DNA of 64,000 nucleotides from Candidatus Iainarchaeum sp. (GTDB lineage Archaea; Iainarchaeota; Iainarchaeia; Iainarchaeales; GCA-2688035): NCBI GenBank assembly GCA_017610205.1, contig JAFCCL010000003.1, positions 32,001 to 96,000 of the forward strand, read 5' to 3'. Shown piece by piece: positions 58,405 to 64,000 of this stretch (position 1 is its first letter; each line of letters starts with the position of its first letter). The notes under the pieces were generated by a model. It saw only the letters and a program-made list of their open reading frames with translations, ran no database searches and was not told where the DNA came from. The position numbers and the translations under genes were made by a program.

Positions 58405-58504
58405 AACAAAAACACCCCTATATCTATAGCCCTTGAAAAGTATAAAAAGCTATCAACAAAGAGATTTTTTTTAAAAAAAACCACGGTGAGATTATCCGGA
58501 CAAG

Positions 58505-59200
58505 TTATCCCTGGCCATAGTAAGCGTTCTTTCCGTGCTTTCTCAAAAAGTGCTTGTCCAGCAGAGCCTGGTCAATTGCTTTTGTTTCAGGATTAACCTT
58601 CAATGTTTCAATGTTCATTCTTGCAACCTGCTCCAAAACAACAGCGTTCTCAACAGTCTTTTCTGCTGTTTCACCGAAAACAAACGGGCCATGGTTTGCA
58701 ACCAAGCAGGCAGGCACTTGCAGGGGGTCAATCTTTTTTTCTTCAACGGTTTCAACAATTACTTTACCAGTGTTTGCCTCGTAATCGTTGACAATTTCCT
58801 CTTCACTAAGTTTTCTTGTAACCGGAACCTTTCCAAAAAAATGATCAGCATGCGTTGTTCCAAAGCACTCAATTCCCTTCAATGCCTGTGCAAAAGTCGT
58901 TGCATGAGTGGAGTGTGTGTGAACAACGGACTTTATTTTCGGAAAATTGCGGTAAATCTCCAAATGCGTTGGAGTATCAGAACTTGGTCTTTTATCCCCT
59001 TCAACAACCTTTCCTTCAAGGTCTACGAGAACAATGTCCTCTGTTTCCAATTCCTCAAAGGAAACCCCACTTGGCTTTATTGCAACAATTTTTTTCTCAA
59101 AATCAATTTCGCTCAAATTGCCCCAGGTAAAAATAACCAGACCATGCTCTGCCAACGCCACATTTCCTTCACAAACCCTTTCCTTTAATTCTTCAAGCAT
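58505..59200 (-). CDS. araD: L-ribulose-5-phosphate 4-epimerase
   Basis: FTWGN, IKPSGV, PSSDTPTH, VHTHS, GTTHAD, LDKHFLRKHGKNAYYGQ. Confidence 0.95.
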   Translation of the reverse strand: MLEELKERVCEGNVALAEHGLVIFTWGNLSEIDFEKKIVAIKPSGVSFEELETEDIVLVDLEGKVVEGDKRPSSDTPTHLEIYRNFPKIKSVVHTHSTHATTFAQALKGIECFGTTHADHFFGKVPVTRKLSEEEIVNDYEANTGKVIVETVEEKKIDPLQVPACLVANHGPFVFGETAEKTVENAVVLEQVARMNIETLKVNPETKAIDQALLDKHFLRKHGKNAYYGQG

Positions 59201-59239
59201 TTTAGTATTAAATTTGGATTAGTTTAAATCACTTTTGGC

Positions 59240-59363
59240 AAAGCCGTCACGCCCGGCAGCCGCCACAGCCGGCTGATCAGAGTGTCATCTTCCGCCGAAA
59301 ACCCGGAGATTGTTACACTATCTTCACAACCTTCGGTTGCTCGATAGAGTAGCTCGATGACAC
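59240..59363. repeat. GC-rich structured repeat, long copy with nested hairpins
   Basis: AAAGCCGTCACGCCCGGC; stem GTGTCATC/GATGACAC enclosing CTATC/GATAG and a CTTCGG loop. Confidence 0.7.
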
Positions 59364-59483
59364 GAGCCGAAAATACAAAAAATAAAAAAGTTAACATTAT
59401 CATCTTTCCACTGGTTCTTTTAATTTCGCAGCATATACTGAATTCGATATATTTTTATATTACAATGTATAACATAGTATCTT

Positions 59484-59795
59484 ATGGATAAGTTAGATAA
59501 AATGGATAATATTTGCATTAGACTGGATACAGGGCTTTCTAGGAAAATCGAAAGGGATATGAAAGAGTTTCATTATAGCACTAAAACTGATTTTGTTAGG
59601 GATGCTATTAGAACCAAACTTTCTTTGTTGGATGAACAGAGGGCAAAGAAAAAAGCTTGGGCTGCGTTATTTGCCGCAAGAGGTTCTTTGAAAGGAAAGT
59701 TTCCAGTGAGAACTAATGAAGAAGAGCAAGTGTTTGAAAAAAGGCTTAATAAGGAAATATTAGAACATTTTGAGAAAAAATTTAGCCTTAAGTAA
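59484..59795 (+). CDS. RHH antitoxin-like protein
   Basis: ICIRLD..HYSTKTDFVRDAIR. Confidence 0.8.
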   Translation: MDKLDKMDNICIRLDTGLSRKIERDMKEFHYSTKTDFVRDAIRTKLSLLDEQRAKKKAWAALFAARGSLKGKFPVRTNEEEQVFEKRLNKEILEHFEKKFSLK

Positions 59796-60216
59796 AATAA
59801 ATATCTTCTGGCTTTTGCACTTCAACAATTGAAGACAAAGAGTCAAAGAAATGGTTATCACGAGCAACTAATACTGCCTGATTGTCTCTTGCAATAATGG
59901 CATGAAGAACACCCTTAAACGGAAGCGCTTTGTTTCTTTTTCTCCATTCTTCTCTTGCTTCTGAAGTCTGTTCGGCACTAGCATCAAGCCAAGTAATCAT
60001 ACTTTCAAAAGAAGAAAAAATTTCCTTTGATTGTTCTTCAGAAAAACGGATTTTTAGCTCCAAAACAACAACATCCGAAACAAAAATCACAGCATTGTTT
60101 TCACTGCATTTTCTAAGGAATTGAAATGCAAACTCTCCAAGAGGCCTGGTGCCATCGCCCCTGTCCTCAAAGTAATCCCGCCAAATTGCAGTATCCAAGT
60201 AAAACTTTTTGACCAT
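59788..60216 (-). CDS. PIN-domain (VapC-like) protein
   Basis: FYLDTAIW, VVLEL, LHAIIA, LVARDNHF. Confidence 0.85.
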   Translation of the reverse strand: MVKKFYLDTAIWRDYFEDRGDGTRPLGEFAFQFLRKCSENNAVIFVSDVVVLELKIRFSEEQSKEIFSSFESMITWLDASAEQTSEAREEWRKRNKALPFKGVLHAIIARDNQAVLVARDNHFFDSLSSIVEVQKPEDIYFT

Positions 60217-60517
60217 AGGAACACCATGCCGGCAACTTATTTAAAGCAAAACCCCTTTTTACGGCGCCTCTTTTTAATTCCAACAAATTTCCAATCTTTC
60301 CTTCTTCAACTGAAAAACAGTTGAAGTCTTTCTGTGAGTGCTCTATCATTTGGTTTAATCGCAGGGGACGTGCGAAATCAATTTCTCTAACGCAGGCTTC
60401 AGAAACATTTTGATGATTTTATTCTGATAATACTTTTTGCAATTGAACCAAAAACTGCTTTAATTCAGGAAACAGCAATTTGTTTATAGGTAAAAATGTT
60501 TTGGTTGTGGTGGGTAA

Positions 60518-60862
60518 ATGTATAGCAAAGTGAAATCAAAATTTATTAAGAATAAAATCAAAGAGCGAAACTGGAAGAGCAAGGATTACATTGACGATTT
60601 AATTTATTTAGAGGAATATATATCAGGGGAAATTTACGGACTTGGCGGGAATTGGAAAGCTGCTTCGATGAAAAGCGAATATAAAAAGGAATACGATGCC
60701 ATATTCAAAGAATTAAAGCCCAAGGACTTTAAACAATACATTAAACAGGAAAGGCGGGAAGCAGAAAGGGAACGGAAAGAAAACGAAAAATTTGAAAAGC
60801 GAGAGCAAAGAGAGCACAGAGAAGCGAAGAAAGACTGGATTAAAGCAGGTGGAAAAACCTAG
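60518..60862 (+). CDS. Hypothetical charged protein
   Basis: 114-aa ORF with GGTG-type SD and coiled-coil C-terminus. Confidence 0.55.
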   Translation: MYSKVKSKFIKNKIKERNWKSKDYIDDLIYLEEYISGEIYGLGGNWKAASMKSEYKKEYDAIFKELKPKDFKQYIKQERREAERERKENEKFEKREQREHREAKKDWIKAGGKT

Positions 60863-60986
60863 GCTTTGTCGGCAACGCCCTAACGAAAGAATATGAAAAG
60901 CTCAAAGAATTGCAGGAAATGGAACCTTATTCAACCTTTCCCCAAAACCCAACCCGTACCCGTTTGCTCTGACCTGCAAATGCCTC

Positions 60987-61020
60987 GTCAATGCCTTGTC
61001 AATCCTCTCGCAATTTTTTT
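60987..61020. repeat. Direct repeat plus long T-rich tract, copy 1
   Basis: GTCAATGCCTTGTCAATCCTCTCGCAATTTTTTT. Confidence 0.7.
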
Positions 61021-61071
61021 TGTTTTTTTTATTTTTTTGTTTCTTTTTTTTATTTTTTTGTGGTTTGTTGT

Positions 61072-62265
61072 TTAGGGTTTGCTGAGTTTTTCTTTGAGTT
61101 TGAAGGCGTTTGTGAATGTGATTTTGCAGCCGTTGATTTTGGTTGTTTCGTTTGTTTCCTTATAGGTTATTACAAAGCCTTCTTTTGGTTTGTAGGTTTC
61201 AATAAAAGACCTTAGGCTTTTTCCCACCTTGTCTGGTTTTGCATTTAGCTTTACTTCTATTGGAATAGGCTTGCCGTTCTTTTCTACAACAAAGTCAACT
61301 TCTGCTTTTGCCTTTGTTCTCCAGTACTTTGGAGAAAAACCAGCCTTAACCAACTCTGACAAGACATAGTTTTCAAACAGCAGGCCGTCAGGTTCAGGGC
61401 TAAAATTGTCAACTATGCTGTTTCTTAAGCCAGTGTCCACAAAATAGAGTTTTGGCTGTTTTGTAATTTCCTTGGTTTTGTTTGTATGAAACGGAGACAC
61501 CCTTAGGATAAGATAGCTTTTTTCCATGGCGTCAAGATACCGTTTGACTGTTTGAAAAGAGACATTCATCTGTTTTGAAATGCTTTCGTAAGAAAGAGCT
61601 GTTCCGGTATTGACAGCCAGGTATTTGCTAAACTGTTCAAGGCTTCCAATATCATTAATGGAAAAAGTTCCGGCAATGTCTTTGAAAATCATTGTGCTAT
61701 AAAGGTCTTTGAGAATGATTTTTTTTGTTTCAACATCCTGAGTTAAAACCACTTTAGGATAGCCACCAAAAATCAAGTGTTCCCAAACAGCCCTTTTTAG
61801 GATAGCGGGCGTTAAGCTTTTTTGCTTTCTTGCAGCCAAAAATTCATTAAGTGAAAAGGGGTAAAGTTTGAGAATGGAAACCCTTCCAACAAGAAATGAC
61901 AAAATATCCTTGCTTAAAATCATTTCAGACGAAGCTGTTATCCAAGCCTTTTTTCCAGTATCAGCCAAATACTTTAATTTTGTTCCAGCCCCCTTGCAAT
62001 ACTGCACTTCATCCAAAACACTAACATCAAAACCCTCAATATACTGCTTTTCAAACTTTTTTATATCTTCCTCAAAAAGGCCCCTGGCATCGGGATCATC
62101 AAACAAGACATAAGAAGAATTCATACGCTTTGTTTGTTCCCTGAGAAAAGTGGTTTTGCCAGCCTGCCTGGCTCCAACCAAAGCAATGATATTGTAGGCA
62201 CTTGCAACCTTTCCAAACCTTTTCTCAATATCCCTTTCTACAAACATGAAAAAAATATTGCACAA
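61072..62265 (-). CDS. AAA_14/DUF4143 ATP-binding protein
   Basis: GARQAGKTT, LDEVQ, FGGYP, KLYFVDTG, FENYV, EVDF..PIEVK. Confidence 0.92.
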   Translation of the reverse strand: MCNIFFMFVERDIEKRFGKVASAYNIIALVGARQAGKTTFLREQTKRMNSSYVLFDDPDARGLFEEDIKKFEKQYIEGFDVSVLDEVQYCKGAGTKLKYLADTGKKAWITASSEMILSKDILSFLVGRVSILKLYPFSLNEFLAARKQKSLTPAILKRAVWEHLIFGGYPKVVLTQDVETKKIILKDLYSTMIFKDIAGTFSINDIGSLEQFSKYLAVNTGTALSYESISKQMNVSFQTVKRYLDAMEKSYLILRVSPFHTNKTKEITKQPKLYFVDTGLRNSIVDNFSPEPDGLLFENYVLSELVKAGFSPKYWRTKAKAEVDFVVEKNGKPIPIEVKLNAKPDKVGKSLRSFIETYKPKEGFVITYKETNETTKINGCKITFTNAFKLKEKLSKP

Positions 62266-62593
62266 AACAATTTAAAAACCTTACTAAAATTAAACTTGAG
62301 TTAAGGAATAGTGCGACTAAAATTGAAGTGCTGTTTAATTTTGGTGAAAAAGGGGCAGACAAACGTTACAAAAACGATTATTTCCTCAAAGGCTTCTGCT
62401 TTGAAATAATCCCAAAATACCTCAAAAACTACATTAAAATTGTCAAAAACAACAAAGAACTCAAAGAAGAACTAAACGCGTTTAGAAAAAAACTTCAATA
62501 AATTTCACTCAGTAAATTTTATCAGCCAACCAGCCTTTAAAAAAATCAAAACCACCCTCCCTGTACGGCCCTTCGGGCATATGTTAATGCTGT

Positions 62594-62627
62594 GTCAATG
62601 CAGGTCAATGCTCTCGCAATTTTTTTT
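62594..62627. repeat. Direct repeat plus long T-rich tract, copy 2
   Basis: GTCAATGCAGGTCAATGCTCTCGCAATTTTTTT. Confidence 0.7.
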
Positions 62628-62684
62628 ATTTTTTTTTGTTTTTTTTTGTTTTTTTTTATTTTTTTAGGGGGAAATTGAGAGAGA

Positions 62685-63335
62685 TTAAATTGTTTTTAGT
62701 TCTCCGTTTGGTTCATTGATTTGTCTACATGTTTCAAGGTAAGCTAGGTCTGCTTCCTTTTTACTAAAATAATCATAATGGGTTCTTTCCCCAATATTTA
62801 GTTTTGCAGGAGAAAAAGGTTGCTTTGACCTATGGCCAAAGGAAATTACTGCAAGAGGAATATGTGATTTTGGTATGTTGGCTGCTTTAGTAATTGTTGC
62901 ATCATCAAAACTACTCATCCACAAGGAATCAATATCAAGAGCTGTTGCTGTTAAAAGCATGTTTTGAATTGCCGCAGCAGCATCCATGTAAATGAACATT
63001 TTTTCACCTTTTTCCTTTGTTGTAATATCATGACTTGAAATTTCTCCAACTTTTCCGGCAAGTTCAAGATTTCCAACTACCAGGATTGATAATGGAGCAG
63101 TTTTTGGCTGGTTTTGCCTGCAGGCATCAGCAATCCTTTCCTTTTGCTTTTCATCTTTTAAAATAATAAATTCAAGCGGTTGCAGGTTTCTTGCACTAGG
63201 AGCATGTTTTGCAGCTTCAAGAATAAGCCCAAGAGAATGCCTTGAAATAACGTCATTTTGCTGGAAAGACCTCACACTCCTTCTTTTCCTGATTAATTCA
63301 GAAAGCAATTTATAGGAAGCCATTGCTTTGCCCAT
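62685..63335 (-). CDS. Nitroreductase family protein
   Basis: RRSVRSF, APSARNLQP, DAAAAIQNMLL. Confidence 0.92.
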   Translation of the reverse strand: MGKAMASYKLLSELIRKRRSVRSFQQNDVISRHSLGLILEAAKHAPSARNLQPLEFIILKDEKQKERIADACRQNQPKTAPLSILVVGNLELAGKVGEISSHDITTKEKGEKMFIYMDAAAAIQNMLLTATALDIDSLWMSSFDDATITKAANIPKSHIPLAVISFGHRSKQPFSPAKLNIGERTHYDYFSKKEADLAYLETCRQINEPNGELKTI

Positions 63336-63448
63336 ACTAAATAATAGTGAATATGCTCTATCTATAGTTTTCCTCTATTTAATATATGCATTGAAAAAAT
63401 TCCAAAATAAATATATTTATGAATAGTTGCATATTATTTTCATATGTA

Positions 63449-64000
63449 ATGAAGAGGCGTATTATAAAACAGGGAAAGGACAGTTTTACCCTTACTTTGC
63501 CAAAAAGCTGGATTAGGAGTCTTGGACTCAAAGGAGGGGACGAGATTGATTTACTTGAAGAAAAAGGCCTTCTTATTATTGGCGCAAAAAAGGCCATGCC
63601 AAGCTCAAAACTTATTGTTAACGCAGACAAGTTTGGCAATGCATTGCTTCACTATCTTTGCGCAGTATACAGGGGAGGAGTTGACGAAATAGAAATCACG
63701 TTTTCAGAATCTAACACAATTGAAACAGTGCAAAAGATTTTAAGCGATTATTTAATTGGTTTTGAAATAGTTTCCCAAGGCAAGGGTTTTTGTATAATCA
63801 AAAGCATTTCAATGCCTTTAGAAGCAGAATTTGAAACAATTCTAAACAGGTTTTTTCTGCAAACAGTTGCAATGGCAAAAAGCATCGCTGAAGCAATAAA
63901 AAACAAAGACCTTGACCACCTAAAAGACGTGAGAAAATACGAGATTCCAATAAACAGGTTTTCAATTTATTGCAGAAGAACACTAAACAAAAGAGGCATT
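63449..64000 (+). CDS. AbrB-PhoU type phosphate-uptake regulator, runs off the window end
   Basis: MKRRIIKQGKDSFTLTLPKSWIRSLGLKGGDEI, VYRGGVDEIEI, LIGFEIV. Confidence 0.85.
   Translation, partial: MKRRIIKQGKDSFTLTLPKSWIRSLGLKGGDEIDLLEEKGLLIIGAKKAMPSSKLIVNADKFGNALLHYLCAVYRGGVDEIEITFSESNTIETVQKILSDYLIGFEIVSQGKGFCIIKSISMPLEAEFETILNRFFLQTVAMAKSIAEAIKNKDLDHLKDVRKYEIPINRFSIYCRRTLNKRGI

Noticed and set aside
60893-61215. Phe-rich ORFs 60893-61075 and 60991-61215
   Set aside because: Artefacts of the poly-T tract and antisense to the ATPase end

Overview
Archaeal chromosomal window with TFB, rpS8e, Hef helicase/nuclease, an archaeal histone, TATA-type promoters and form III RuBisCO. The compact AT-rich layout suggests a DPANN archaeon, probably Diapherotrites/Iainarchaeota (inference). 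Most of it is an anabolic region: rbcL-nadE-nadC-nadD, a Leptospira-type cimA, and a spread-out bacterial-style folate-dependent purine set (purSL, Q, M, B, C, E, N, T, H, D, A, guaB, folC, folD, 5-FCL, ECF transporter). Accessory islands lie at about 1-800, 8.9-11.6 kb and 55.5-63.4 kb (IS66, tRNA-Leu, toxin-antitoxin pairs). The most interesting observations are: (1) two full-length ECF sigma-70-like proteins (sigma2 plus sigma4) in an archaeon; (2) a set of solitary orphan genes with Lys/Arg/Pro-rich N-termini (sigma-like, kinase-like, HTH, bS21-like), several decaying, which may be a fast-turnover effector-like repertoire; (3) an 11-codon Leu/Ile-rich leader ORF with TATA box and U-tract upstream of cimA, resembling a ribosome-dependent attenuator; (4) small gene cassettes separated by palindromic, recombination-site-like repeats. 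All assignments are by eye from motifs; no searches were run.
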